Shown here one piece after another: positions 31,735 to 42,099 of a DNA stretch of 64,000 nucleotides; the stretch's first letter is position 1, and each line of letters starts with the position of its first letter. Source of the DNA: Turneriella sp. (GTDB taxonomy: Bacteria > Spirochaetota > Leptospiria > Turneriellales > Turneriellaceae). The position numbers and the translations under genes were made by a program. The DNA lies in NCBI GenBank assembly GCA_965279515.1, contig CBDIID010000003.1, positions 1,248,001 to 1,312,000 on the forward strand, given 5' to 3'. The notes beneath the pieces were generated by a model that saw only the letters and a program-made list of their open reading frames with translations, ran no database searches and was not told where the DNA came from.

Positions 31735-32550
31735 ATGTTTACAGCACCAAAAGCCATCCCACTTTTTGCCGCTCTTTTCTTTTGTTTTGCTCTCATAGCA
31801 CAAGACGCTAAGCCCCCTGCCCCGACGGCGGCACCAACACCCGCAGCTGTGCCGACGACAACACCGGGCACCGCAACCGCAACCAAACCCGATGTGGCGT
31901 CTCCGGCGCGCCCCGGCAAAAGCGCGGCCTTGAAACGCGCGGAGAAACTTTATTTTGCGAAGAAATACGAGACTGCCGCGGCGCTCTTGCGCAAGATCGT
32001 CGAAGACGAACCCGAAAACGGCCGGGCAAATTCACTGCTCGGCGATGTCTACTACCTGCAAGGCCAGTACGAAAAAGCTTTGAGCCACCTGATGCGCGCC
32101 TCTGAGCTCAATGATTACAAGGGTGCCGACTATTTCAGGCTCGGCCAGACTTACGAAAAGATGAAAAAGCCGAAAGAGGCGATCCGCTCGTACCTGAAGG
32201 CCTATGAAATGGATGAGTCGATGAAGACAGCCCTCTTCCAGACGGGTTTTGTCTACCTGAGCCACGAGCGCAATAAGAAGAAAACGATCGAATACTGGCA
32301 GCGGTTCGTCGACGAGGCGGTCTCTGACCCGCAGCGCGAAAAGGTCGTTACGGTCCTGAAGTTCCTGAACGACCCGAATTTCGTTTTGCCCGACAAAAAC
32401 AGCCCCATCTCGCTCGAAGAGGCACTGATGCTCGGCGGCGCCGGCAACGGGTCTGAGACCAAGACCGGTGAAGATAAAGGGGCGGGCTACGAAAAAGAAA
32501 AGGAAAAGAACGACGGCAAAGAACTTCTCGACGACGACAAGTTAAACTAA
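31735..32550 (+). CDS. exported TPR protein
   Basis: Signal peptide (MFTAPKAIPLFAALFFCFALIA), Pro/Thr linker, TPRs (LGDVYYLQGQYEKA; LGQTYEKMKKPKEA); start reassigned to 31735. Confidence 0.8.
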   Translation: MFTAPKAIPLFAALFFCFALIAQDAKPPAPTAAPTPAAVPTTTPGTATATKPDVASPARPGKSAALKRAEKLYFAKKYETAAALLRKIVEDEPENGRANSLLGDVYYLQGQYEKALSHLMRASELNDYKGADYFRLGQTYEKMKKPKEAIRSYLKAYEMDESMKTALFQTGFVYLSHERNKKKTIEYWQRFVDEAVSDPQREKVVTVLKFLNDPNFVLPDKNSPISLEEALMLGGAGNGSETKTGEDKGAGYEKEKEKNDGKELLDDDKLN

Positions 32551-32560
32551 AATATAGGCT

Positions 32561-32926
32561 ATGGCTCTCTCGAACGATCGCCGCAGCCAGCACCGTGTCA
32601 CAGCGGGTGCTTACATCGAATACCGCGTCACCTTCGACGGCACACAAGTAAAAGACGCCATCATGAGCGACATCTCAGAGGGCGGTCTCATGGTGCTCGT
32701 CGAAAGCGCCGATATCGGCCGTGACCTGCAAATCAACGAACCCATCTCGGGGCATATTATCCACGACCGCACGCGTTTTGATTTTGTCTTCAAAGGCTCT
32801 GTCGCCTGGATTCAGCCACGCGAGATGCGTGCGCGCAAGTTCGTCGCACTCGGCATCCGCTTCGAAGAGACGATAGAGTTGCCGGCACAGATCTATGCGA
32901 TTCTGATGGCCGACCACGACTTTTGA
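32561..32926 (+). CDS. PilZ-domain c-di-GMP-binding protein
   Basis: RxxxR (RSQHR) and DxSxxG (DISEGG); V.W...LGIRF. Confidence 0.85.
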   Translation: MALSNDRRSQHRVTAGAYIEYRVTFDGTQVKDAIMSDISEGGLMVLVESADIGRDLQINEPISGHIIHDRTRFDFVFKGSVAWIQPREMRARKFVALGIRFEETIELPAQIYAILMADHDF

Positions 32927-33816
32927 ATTTTCTCCGCCAAATCGTCAAGATCGGGGGGGGATTTCTCACCGTCCTGACGCTGATTGTCCTCTTAACCGTA
33001 TTTCTCCAGCACCTGCGCAAGGGTTCGGCCGAAGAGGCGATGATGGGCCAGCGCGGCACCGCCGAAGCCTTAAAAAAAATCCAGGACAAACCGTTTTTGA
33101 CCAAACTCGGTGAATTTGTCGGCGACCTGCCGCAGATCACAACGTGGAAAACCCTGCGCGGTACCAAGGTAGTGCCGCAGATCGGCCATGCACTCGGCAA
33201 CACTGCCCTGCTGACACTGCTCAGCCTGGTATTTTCTGTCGTTATCGGCCTCACGCTGCTCTTCGTCGGCGAGCTGTATCCCCGTCTGCAGAATTTTCTC
33301 GGGCGTTTGGCATCGGCCATCAATACCACGCCGATCTTTCTCGTCGGTATCTTCTTTATCTGGCTGTTCGCCTTTGCGCTGCGCCTCTTGCCTTCGGGCG
33401 GCGACCAGGATATACGGTCATTTATCTTGCCAGGGCTTTCGATCGGTGTGAAATTCGGCTGCCGGCTGTTTCTGTTACTCACGAATTATATGCAGGAGCT
33501 CAACACCAAGGTGTTTATCCTGCGCGCCCGCGCTTACGCGCTCAGCGAAAGGCGAATCTTCTTTCACAAGCTGGCTAACTGCATGATGCCCTTCATCATC
33601 TTCTGGCTGATTGAAACGGCTTCGCTGTTTTCAGGCGCGGTGATCGTAGAAGCTTTGTTCTCAATCCACGGGTTAGGTTCGCTTCTGATTTTTGCGCTCT
33701 TGCAGTATGACATCCGCCTGATTTTCGCAAACCTTGTCGTCATCGCCGCCATCGTCTACACCACATCGATTCTGCAAAACCAGATCGCCGCGCGGCGGGA
33801 GACGATCACATCATGA
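32923..33816 (+). CDS. peptide/nickel ABC transporter permease (DppB-like)
   Basis: LLPSGG, EAA-like ARAYALSE, GAVIVEALFSIHGLG, QYD. Confidence 0.8.
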   Translation: MNFLRQIVKIGGGFLTVLTLIVLLTVFLQHLRKGSAEEAMMGQRGTAEALKKIQDKPFLTKLGEFVGDLPQITTWKTLRGTKVVPQIGHALGNTALLTLLSLVFSVVIGLTLLFVGELYPRLQNFLGRLASAINTTPIFLVGIFFIWLFAFALRLLPSGGDQDIRSFILPGLSIGVKFGCRLFLLLTNYMQELNTKVFILRARAYALSERRIFFHKLANCMMPFIIFWLIETASLFSGAVIVEALFSIHGLGSLLIFALLQYDIRLIFANLVVIAAIVYTTSILQNQIAARRETITS

Positions 33817-34586
33817 CGCGCTCTGTGATCGGCAAAGCCGCGCTTGTACTGTTCACGATTTTGATCGCAGCAGCTGTGCTCATGCCGGCGCCGGCAATAC
33901 GGCTCGAAGACGCCTTTTTGCCCCTGTCGTGGCGGCATCCGCTCGGCACCACGCCGCTCGGGCAATCGGTCGTACTACAAATCATTGCCGGTGCGGGCCA
34001 GACGCTTTTTATCGCGGTCGGGGCACTCGCCTTCTCGCTTGTGCTGAGCCTGATATTCACGGGATTCTCATTTCTCATGCCACGCGGTGCGGCACGCGCC
34101 TACGCGTTTCTGATCGATGCCTGGCTTTCGATTCCCGGCATCTTCATTGCGCTTTCGATCGGTTATTTTCTGCCACAGAGTTTTTTTTCCGTCCTCACTG
34201 CATTGGTCCTTTCAGAATTCGCGGCGCTACAGAAATTTTTTCTGCAGCGCCTGGGCGATGTGCGCAAAAGCGATTACATCACGATGGCGAACGTGATGGG
34301 CGCGGGCAATCTGCACACGCTGGTCACGCACGTGCTGCCGCGCCTCATGCGTGAGGCGGGATATCTGTTTTTCCTCACCCTGCCCTCTATCGTGCTTTCC
34401 CTGGCCAGCCTCGAATTTTTAGGAGTGCAAACCGGTTCGGAGCGGCTTTCGCTCGGCATGCAGATCGCCGTGTATAAGGATTACATATTGTTGTACCCGC
34501 ATCTGAGCCTTGCGCCTGTGGTGTGCCTGCTCGCCCTGCTGGCCCTACTCCACTGGTTAACCCAAAATTTCCTAAAAAAGGCCTAA
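33813..34586 (+). CDS. peptide/nickel ABC transporter permease (DppC-like)
   Basis: HPLGTTPLG, YITMANVMGA, HVLP, SLEFLGV. Confidence 0.82.
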   Translation: MTRSVIGKAALVLFTILIAAAVLMPAPAIRLEDAFLPLSWRHPLGTTPLGQSVVLQIIAGAGQTLFIAVGALAFSLVLSLIFTGFSFLMPRGAARAYAFLIDAWLSIPGIFIALSIGYFLPQSFFSVLTALVLSEFAALQKFFLQRLGDVRKSDYITMANVMGAGNLHTLVTHVLPRLMREAGYLFFLTLPSIVLSLASLEFLGVQTGSERLSLGMQIAVYKDYILLYPHLSLAPVVCLLALLALLHWLTQNFLKKA

Positions 34587-34746
34587 AACGTTTTTTTGGC
34601 CCTGGCATGGACGTTGCTGGAATAGTAGGCCATTAAGCAACTACGTACGAAAACATACCTATCCCTCTACGTAGGCCTTCGGATGCAGTTGGGTCATGTT
34701 TTCAGCTGAATAGGCATCCCCATTCAGCAAAAATGAAGCAAGCGAA

Positions 34747-36843
34747 ATGATCGGCTACCATAGAATACTGCCAATAAAAATAAGACTCACGAGTCTTTTT
34801 TTACTCTGCCTTCAAATTCCCCAGTGTAAGAATTTTAGTTGGCCCAACACGGAGCGAAAAGACGAAATACAAGCGGCAAAAAGCCAACCCATAGGCCTTC
34901 TCAGCGCCCCGGTTTATAATCCCCCCCAGGGATTGTACAACGCCGCGCAGGCTGTCACGATTCTGGGTGCCTCAGGGAGCACCTTCTGCTATGCAACGAA
35001 TGGTACCAACCCGGATTGCGATCCGGCGACGGCGCTCTGTACGAACGGCACGGCCTATGGCGCCGCCTTAGCCGTCGGTGTTACGTTAACCCTGAAAAGC
35101 CTTGCCTGCCAGGTCGGGATGAATAACTCACCGGTAACGAGCGGAACCTATACGCTCGATTTGGCCGCGCCGGGCTCGGCTCTTTCCTTCGTTGCCAGCC
35201 CCGGTGACGGTGAAATTGCCCTCTCTTGGCTGAATCCTGCGGATGCCGATTTTGCCGGCATGAGAATACTCAGGAAAACCGGCACCTATCCCGCCAACGC
35301 TTCGGATGGCACGATTATTTATGCACTGACCGGCACGTCGACGAATGACACCGGACTTGTAAACGGCACGCAATATTATTATGCCGCCTATGCCTTTGAC
35401 CAGGCCGGCAATTTTGCGCCCACGGCGCAAGCGACTGCGACCCCTACGGCCCTGGCGGTCAACGCTCCCGTATTCAATCCGACAACCGGCGTCTTTAATA
35501 CCGGCCAGAACATCGCCGCCTCGACCAGCACCGCCGGTGCGCTGATCTGCTACACAACGACGGGCACAACACCGGCCTGCAACGCAACGCCTTCATGCAC
35601 CACCGGCACCACTTATACAATTCCCGTCGTTGTGGGTGCGACTACCCTGCTCAAGGCAGTTGCCTGCAAGGCCGGCGGCGCGACTTCGGGAGTCGCAAGC
35701 GCCACCTACACTATCGATGCAACCCCGCCTGTCATTTCGGCCGTGCAACCCGCAAGTTCGGCACTCATCAACTCCACGCAGGTGAGTTATACGTTATCTG
35801 AAACCTGTGCCTCAGGCTCCATTACGTGGTCGCAGACAGGCGGCACCTTTGACAGCGGCTCGCCTCACAATCAAGCTCTCACGGGCAGCGAGCTCCTGAG
35901 CGGAGCTCATACCGGTATTTCGCTGATCAATAGCCCCACACTGACCGAAGGAGCCATCTACGGAATAACTTTTAACTGCACCGACCCCGCCGGAAACGCC
36001 GCCGCTTCGGTAACAAGCACGTCGGTGACCTACAACGTCAATCCGCCCGGCAATATTTCCAGTTTGCGTGTGATTCCGGGCGATACGCGCACCACGTTGG
36101 TATGGGTAAATCCGCCGGATGCCGATTTTGCCGGTGTGAAAATTCTGCGCAAGACGGGCTCCTATCCCGTAAACAGCAACGACGGCACCGTGGTCTTCAA
36201 TGCCCTGGGAACAAGCACGCTCGATACGAGCCTCAGCAACGGTACTCTGTATTATTACAAAGCTTTCTCGTACGACACGGCGACAAATTACGCTGGTGGA
36301 GTGACGGCAACGGGCACGCCTTTTGCATCCTGTGGAGGCGGCGTTTGCCGCATTTTCGTAACGACCCTGACATTTTCAGGAAGCCTGGGAAATATTGCCG
36401 GCGCAGATGCGAAATGCAATGCCGATGCGGCAAAGCCCAATGGCAGCGTGTACAAGGCTATGTTGGTCGACAATGCCACGCGCCGTGCCTGCTCTGCAGC
36501 GTCTTGCGGTGGTGCGACGGGGGTGGAGCAGAGCCTGGACTGGCCGATCTTTCCCGCGAAGAACTATGTGCGCTCCGATGGCACCACAGCAATCGGCACG
36601 GCATCGGCGAACGCGCTCTTGCCTGCCACCCTGACAAACTCCATTGCCACCGGCGGCGGTCAAAACTGGACGGGACTAAACGCCGACTGGACAACCGCGA
36701 CCGACACCTGTAATACGTGGAGCGACGGCACCTCGGGATTCCAGGGAGCGCGCGGCACCCAGAACACGACAACCAGCTCCGCCTGGGCCAATGGTACAAA
36801 CCCGTGTGTCACCTCGCGGGGAATCTACTGCGTGGAGCAGTAA
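34747..36843 (+). CDS. surface protein with FN3/Ig-like repeats and a C-terminal endostatin-like (DUF1554/Len-type) domain
   Basis: Duplicated W.NP.DADFAG..ILRKTG.YP modules; C-terminal CRIFVT...G.LG.IAGADAKCN...YKAMLVD...WTGL...YCVEQ. Confidence 0.78.
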   Translation: MIGYHRILPIKIRLTSLFLLCLQIPQCKNFSWPNTERKDEIQAAKSQPIGLLSAPVYNPPQGLYNAAQAVTILGASGSTFCYATNGTNPDCDPATALCTNGTAYGAALAVGVTLTLKSLACQVGMNNSPVTSGTYTLDLAAPGSALSFVASPGDGEIALSWLNPADADFAGMRILRKTGTYPANASDGTIIYALTGTSTNDTGLVNGTQYYYAAYAFDQAGNFAPTAQATATPTALAVNAPVFNPTTGVFNTGQNIAASTSTAGALICYTTTGTTPACNATPSCTTGTTYTIPVVVGATTLLKAVACKAGGATSGVASATYTIDATPPVISAVQPASSALINSTQVSYTLSETCASGSITWSQTGGTFDSGSPHNQALTGSELLSGAHTGISLINSPTLTEGAIYGITFNCTDPAGNAAASVTSTSVTYNVNPPGNISSLRVIPGDTRTTLVWVNPPDADFAGVKILRKTGSYPVNSNDGTVVFNALGTSTLDTSLSNGTLYYYKAFSYDTATNYAGGVTATGTPFASCGGGVCRIFVTTLTFSGSLGNIAGADAKCNADAAKPNGSVYKAMLVDNATRRACSAASCGGATGVEQSLDWPIFPAKNYVRSDGTTAIGTASANALLPATLTNSIATGGGQNWTGLNADWTTATDTCNTWSDGTSGFQGARGTQNTTTSSAWANGTNPCVTSRGIYCVEQ

Positions 36844-36902
36844 TAGCCCGGTCTGCGGCTATTTTTTGGCATTCCAGATATCGTCATTTCGTATTTTGGC
36901 AT

Positions 36903-37577
36903 ATGACAATAAACCCGTTTGAATACGTCGCCGAATTACCGCAGGGAAAAGCTGAAAAGAAACAGGGCGAACCGCCTGCGCCGCTGGGCGAACGCCTCGC
37001 AAAAAACTTCATCGACAACCGCCAGATTTTTCTCTGGGGTGCTGTCACCGACCGTACGGCGCAGGTGATCGTCGAGCAGATGCTCTATCTCGAAGCCACA
37101 GGGCCGGGAAAACCGATCTATTTCTTTATCAACTCCCCCGGCGGAGTGATCACCTCGGGCATGGCAATCTACGACATTATGAAGATGATCACCTCACCGG
37201 TATATACCATCACGATGGGCATGGCGGCATCGATGGGCGCAATACTCTTAACCGCGGGGGAAAAAAAGCACCGTTACGTCTTCGAACACGCCAGGGTGCT
37301 AATCCACCAACCGCTGATCAGCGGCCAGATCGTTGCACCGGCGCTCGACATGAAAATTCACGCCGAAGAAATCGGTAAAACACGCAAAGAAATGAACCGC
37401 ATTATCGCCGAGACGACGGGCCAGCCTCTTGCAAAGATTGAAAAAGATACAGACCGCGATTACAACCTCGACGCGAAGGGCGCTGTTGAATACGGCCTTG
37501 CCGATAAGGTTTTGACAGACTTAAGGGAACTCGATTTACCTGGTCCAAAAGGATCTAAATCCACTAAAGCAAAATGA
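36903..37577 (+). CDS. clpP: ATP-dependent Clp protease proteolytic subunit
   Basis: INSPGG, GMAASMG (Ser), IHQP (His), DTDRD (Asp); start reassigned to ATG 36903. Confidence 0.95.
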   Translation: MTINPFEYVAELPQGKAEKKQGEPPAPLGERLAKNFIDNRQIFLWGAVTDRTAQVIVEQMLYLEATGPGKPIYFFINSPGGVITSGMAIYDIMKMITSPVYTITMGMAASMGAILLTAGEKKHRYVFEHARVLIHQPLISGQIVAPALDMKIHAEEIGKTRKEMNRIIAETTGQPLAKIEKDTDRDYNLDAKGAVEYGLADKVLTDLRELDLPGPKGSKSTKAK

Positions 37578-37602
37578 ACGCCTCCAGCAGATTCGGTGTG
37601 CG

Positions 37603-39189
37603 CTAGCGCGCGAGCGCTGCCAACACCTTCTCTGCAACCGCCTTCACTTCGCCCTTGCCAGCTTTGGCCAGTCGGCCGAGGTGAGGCTTGCAGCTATCGC
37701 CGTAGAGCGTCATCGCAAACAGCGCATCGTAGATTTCGGGGTGGTTCAGATTCTTCCCCACGGCCTTGATTTCCTTTTCCGCAATGTCACAGTATGCCGC
37801 CGGCTTCAGGCGCGCAAGATTATAGAGCGTGCGGTCGCGGATATAGACATTGGGATGCAGCATTAGTGCTGACCATGCCGCGGTCGGCAGGCGTTTTGCC
37901 GCCACATCGGTAAAATCCATCAAGTACTGCACGGTCTTGCCGTCGCCTTCGCCTGACAGCTCCCTGCGGATGAGATCCTGTACCGACGACTCTTTTACAG
38001 CGAGCCCCTCTTTCAGCGCCACCTCGGCCGAGAGCCACGCGAATTTCGCAGACACATCTTTTCTTGCCTTGTCAAACAGCGCGAGAATTTCCTGGCCGGC
38101 CTTCGCATCGCCGTAGCGCAAAAGTATCTGGCGGTAGGTGAGATCGCGCGCACCGCCCTGCGCGGCCATAAAGACATCAAAGTTGTTCTTCAACTTTTTT
38201 TCTTCCATCTCGACAGGAAAAATCGGCGCCTCACGCCCGACGCGTTTCAGCAGCTCTTCCTTAACCTGCGCATAGTCGCCGTATTCGGCCGGGTGATCCA
38301 GAAAATAAAGGATCGATTCCATGGACGCCACCGCTTCTTCGGGATAAGGCCCCAGCGCCATCGCTGCGTGGATCTCCATGTCGGCGGCATCGCGGGCCCC
38401 CTCGAGATAGCGGTCGGGGTGCACGACGGGAAATCCGAAACCGCCGCCGTTCTCTTTCCAGTACCTGACCTTGGGCAACATCTGGTCGCGGAACCACTTG
38501 CGCAGGTCTTTATCGCCGAGCACCATGCGTTTCCCATGGATCGTCGCTTCGCCGCTCGAGGTCACGATCTCCTTGTTATCGATCTTGATTTTCGCAAAAT
38601 CGGTAGCCAGGTTTTTTGCCTCGGCGGCAATCGCGAGATCGAGAGCGAGCGGCAGCAGGTATTCGCAATCGGTGGATTTCTTTTTGCAACGCTGGATAAT
38701 CCGCTTTGCATAATCACCCGTGCCCTTAAGCCCCGCTTTCGCCGCGGCGCGCATCGTGTCTTCCCAGGCGCTGCCGGTGAATTCATAGTCGCCGAGCGTG
38801 CCAAGGTATTTTGTCACCAGCGCCGCGGCGGCATCGCCTTCGAGCGCGATCAGCGCTTTCGCCGCATAGTGCATGTCTTGACGCGTCACAGGTGAAGAAT
38901 CGTAGTTGTGGGGTAATCCCGACGCCGAAGCGACGCGCTTTTTCAGCACGGGCACGGCGTCTTTGGCGGCGAGGTTGGTCAGAATATCTGCGAGATCTTT
39001 GAACGGGGTCGATGCAGTGTTGTTATCGCCCAACGCCTTGATGAGTGCGGGCACTCCCTTCGGCGCGCCGAGGCAATAATAGAAATCGATGCCGGTCATT
39101 TCTTCGCAGGTGATGAGCGCCGGGTCGGCGAAGATGAAGCCTGGGCTCAGGAGAGACAAACAAAAAAGGAAGCGACGCGCATAATGCAT
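37603..39189 (-). CDS. exported alpha-helical (HEAT-like) hypothetical protein
   Basis: Signal peptide; GVPALIKALGD and AVPVLKK HEAT-like segments. Confidence 0.6.
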   Translation of the reverse strand: MHYARRFLFCLSLLSPGFIFADPALITCEEMTGIDFYYCLGAPKGVPALIKALGDNNTASTPFKDLADILTNLAAKDAVPVLKKRVASASGLPHNYDSSPVTRQDMHYAAKALIALEGDAAAALVTKYLGTLGDYEFTGSAWEDTMRAAAKAGLKGTGDYAKRIIQRCKKKSTDCEYLLPLALDLAIAAEAKNLATDFAKIKIDNKEIVTSSGEATIHGKRMVLGDKDLRKWFRDQMLPKVRYWKENGGGFGFPVVHPDRYLEGARDAADMEIHAAMALGPYPEEAVASMESILYFLDHPAEYGDYAQVKEELLKRVGREAPIFPVEMEEKKLKNNFDVFMAAQGGARDLTYRQILLRYGDAKAGQEILALFDKARKDVSAKFAWLSAEVALKEGLAVKESSVQDLIRRELSGEGDGKTVQYLMDFTDVAAKRLPTAAWSALMLHPNVYIRDRTLYNLARLKPAAYCDIAEKEIKAVGKNLNHPEIYDALFAMTLYGDSCKPHLGRLAKAGKGEVKAVAEKVLAALAR

Positions 39190-39249
39190 GGGTGTTTAAA
39201 ATTGACCGCTGAGATTTTGTAAACCCATTTTGCCGGCAAACTCGTACAA

Positions 39250-40779
39250 TTACCCCAGGATACGTTTGGCCAGCGTCACCACGAACACAGAATTCAGAAA
39301 TATGCCGATGAAACCCTCGATGCCGGCGAGAATCTGCACAAAACCCGTCGGATGGATGTCACCGTAACCGATCGTCGTAAAGGTGATCATGGAAAAGTAC
39401 GCGATATGGCGGAAAAAATCTGCGGGCGACATCGCCAGTTCAGCCAAAGACCGGCCGCTAAGCATAATCTTATCAGGAAAAAGACAATACACACCGAAAA
39501 ATAACCCGAACGTGATCGCCATACTCGTCAACACGCGCGCCCAGTCGGTGAAATACCGGCTCGTCAGATCGAGCAGAAAGTAGCGCAAAAAACGCCGCAC
39601 GGGTTTATGTGCATTCTGCCTCAGGTTTTCGTAGCGCTTGAAGTGGTAACGGGAATCGAGTTCACTTTCGAGCGCATCGGTACTGCGGTAGATCTTCTGC
39701 AACAAGCGGAAATTCTCTTCTGTGCCTGCGATGTCCGTCCGGCCTTCAGAGTCCCTGAGAATCAGCGGCTCAAATTGCGATTTTTTCAGCGCATCGATCG
39801 GCAGGTGAAATTCCTGGCGGATGTCCGTCTTATCGAACATAATCTTACCGAGGCTTTCCTGCAGCGAAAACTCGACCGGTTCGTAAAAGATCGTATGCTT
39901 GAAGACAAACACACCACCGGCCTGCAGATGCATATCCGTAAACAGCGCCGGTTTCTTGAATTGCGCGAGCGAAAAATCTGCCCACGAATGAAGATGCGCG
40001 GCCTTGAAATCGGCGGTTTCGTGCGTGATGATATCCATAAAATATGCCTGCGCCTGAAAATCGGCATCGGCAAACACAACCTTCCCGTTAAACCGGCAGC
40101 TTCTGAAATCTACCTGGCCGGCGAACACGGCTGAATCAAAATAAGCCAGGTGCGAAAATTTAGCGCCCACGAAAGTTGCCCGATCTGCGAAGCGGGCCCC
40201 GTCGAAATAAAGTTCGTCATGGAAAACGGTTTTCGAAAATTCTAACCTGTCGTGGAACACGCTTTTGCGAAACGCGGCACTTTTCTTAAATTCCGCCTGC
40301 CTGAAATCAGCCAGGCCAAAACACTGGCAGCCGTTAAAATCAGAAATGCCCCAGAATGCGGCACCCTGAAAGCCTGCGTCCATATTAAATTCTGCCGATG
40401 CGACATCCGCACGGTCGAGAAAAACAGCATGGCTGAAATCCACCTCGCTGTGAAACTTTGCACCCGCCAGCAGCACCTCGTGGCAAAAAATAAAACCCGC
40501 GCATATAAGCGGCCCTTCATACTCCAGCCGGCGCAGGTCGAGCGGGTTGGCAACGACGAGAAATGCGCCTTCGGGCAGGTCGCGGATCGCCTGCGTCAGC
40601 GCCTCAGCGGAGGTCTCGCGAAAAATTCTGTACTGAACCGTGCCCGTGCGTTCTTCAAAGGGATGCGGATGCCCCGTCTTCAGCACATCGACCGATGTTA
40701 TGTCGCCGGGCAGCAGCCCGTTCGCCAGAGCATTCAGGAAATTCTGGTAAGTGACCGTGCCCGTGAAGACCATCCTCAC
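39250..40779 (-). CDS. pentapeptide-repeat protein fused to a two-TM potassium-channel pore
   Basis: Many (A/V)xF.xA.F repeats; C-terminal YFSMITFTTIGYGD selectivity filter flanked by TM helices. Confidence 0.85.
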   Translation of the reverse strand: MRMVFTGTVTYQNFLNALANGLLPGDITSVDVLKTGHPHPFEERTGTVQYRIFRETSAEALTQAIRDLPEGAFLVVANPLDLRRLEYEGPLICAGFIFCHEVLLAGAKFHSEVDFSHAVFLDRADVASAEFNMDAGFQGAAFWGISDFNGCQCFGLADFRQAEFKKSAAFRKSVFHDRLEFSKTVFHDELYFDGARFADRATFVGAKFSHLAYFDSAVFAGQVDFRSCRFNGKVVFADADFQAQAYFMDIITHETADFKAAHLHSWADFSLAQFKKPALFTDMHLQAGGVFVFKHTIFYEPVEFSLQESLGKIMFDKTDIRQEFHLPIDALKKSQFEPLILRDSEGRTDIAGTEENFRLLQKIYRSTDALESELDSRYHFKRYENLRQNAHKPVRRFLRYFLLDLTSRYFTDWARVLTSMAITFGLFFGVYCLFPDKIMLSGRSLAELAMSPADFFRHIAYFSMITFTTIGYGDIHPTGFVQILAGIEGFIGIFLNSVFVVTLAKRILG

Positions 40780-40783
40780 ATTC

Positions 40784-42013
40784 TCACTGGCCGAAACCGG
40801 ACGATACTTTTATCGATTCTTCGGCCGCTTTCAGCAGGTCTTCTTTCCGCAGGCCCAGCGGCTGCAAAAGCGCGGGCACTTCTTCCCACGATTCGGCCTC
40901 AAACTTCTGCGTCACGAGCAGCAATTGCCCGATCTCGCCTTCATACTGCAAGATGGCTGCCCTGATGGCGTCATCGATATTCATCTCTTCGAGTATTTCA
41001 TGCATCGGCTTGCTGAACAGCACATCGAGCAATGACAGCAGACCGGTTAAAAATGCCTCATCGGCACGTGCTCCCCCCTTCGCCGAGAGGCGAATCAAAT
41101 ATTCCATCAGCCGTGCGCGCTGCAGGCTCGTCTGGAAAAGCGGGTTGGCGTTGTTCTGCTGCCCGGGATTCGCATACGCCATCAGCAGCAGCCATTGCAG
41201 CAGCTTTTTGGTGCCGAGCATCGTGATCGCCTGCCTGATCGAAGTGATGCGGCTACGCGAAAACATCGCGGCGGAATTCATGAATTTTAGAAGGTTAATG
41301 GTCAGAGTCGGGTACGGCCTGAAATTTTTCTCAATCTGGTCGACGTCGGATTCTTTCATCATCAGGCTGATCAGCTGGGTGATCGCGATTTTGTCAGGGT
41401 GAATCTTTTTCCCCTCGACCATGACAGGTTTCGAGAAAAAATAGCCCTGGTAATAGTCGAAATGCAGCTGCCGGTAGGTATGAAAGGCATCGCGCGATTC
41501 CACTTTGTCGGCGATGAACTTGATTCCCAGGTTCTTAAAGAGTTTCATTTTTGCCAGTGCCATTTCGGCGGTATTGCGCGCGCTATCGACTTTAACGAAG
41601 CTGATTTTATCGAACAGCGCCTGAAACTGTTTCACATAACGCTCATCGAGAATAAAATCGCCCAGCGCAAAGGTGTAACCCTCTTGCTTCAGCTTATGCA
41701 CCTCGGCGACGAACGCCGCATCGACCTTGGTTGTCTCCATGATCTCGAGCACAAATTGTTCTTTCTGCAGCAGGCCATGGATGCCGCGGCGGATAAATTC
41801 TTCGTTGATTTTCATCAGGCCGGTGCGATCACCCAGAATCTTACCGATGCCGATGTCGTTCAGCGCACCCACGACCAATTTGGCGGCGGCGTTTTCGCGG
41901 TCTGCCAGCCCCGCAGCGCCTTTCGCACCCGAGCGGAATACAAGATCGTAGCCAAAGATTTCTTCTGTGCCTGTCAGAATAGGCTGTCTGCCGACAAATA
42001 GCTGGTCTTCCAT
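40784..42013 (-). CDS. EAL-like plus HDOD domain signalling protein
   Basis: GRQPIL, degenerate YDLVFR, QGYFFSKP; HDOD segments LLKFMNSA, ITSIRQAI, AFLTGLLSLLD. Confidence 0.85.
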   Translation of the reverse strand: MEDQLFVGRQPILTGTEEIFGYDLVFRSGAKGAAGLADRENAAAKLVVGALNDIGIGKILGDRTGLMKINEEFIRRGIHGLLQKEQFVLEIMETTKVDAAFVAEVHKLKQEGYTFALGDFILDERYVKQFQALFDKISFVKVDSARNTAEMALAKMKLFKNLGIKFIADKVESRDAFHTYRQLHFDYYQGYFFSKPVMVEGKKIHPDKIAITQLISLMMKESDVDQIEKNFRPYPTLTINLLKFMNSAAMFSRSRITSIRQAITMLGTKKLLQWLLLMAYANPGQQNNANPLFQTSLQRARLMEYLIRLSAKGGARADEAFLTGLLSLLDVLFSKPMHEILEEMNIDDAIRAAILQYEGEIGQLLLVTQKFEAESWEEVPALLQPLGLRKEDLLKAAEESIKVSSGFGQ

Positions 42014-42099
42014 CTTAGCCTGTAATTACGCGTGGTCCCACGCCAGTTTTAGAAAACCGCCTGCCGCTGTCCATGAATCCTGCTTTTGTTTGTGTTTCA

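Noticed and set aside
36717..36902. N-terminal extension on ClpP
   Set aside because: It overlaps the upstream gene by more than 120 nt; ATG 36903 gives a normal-length ClpP.
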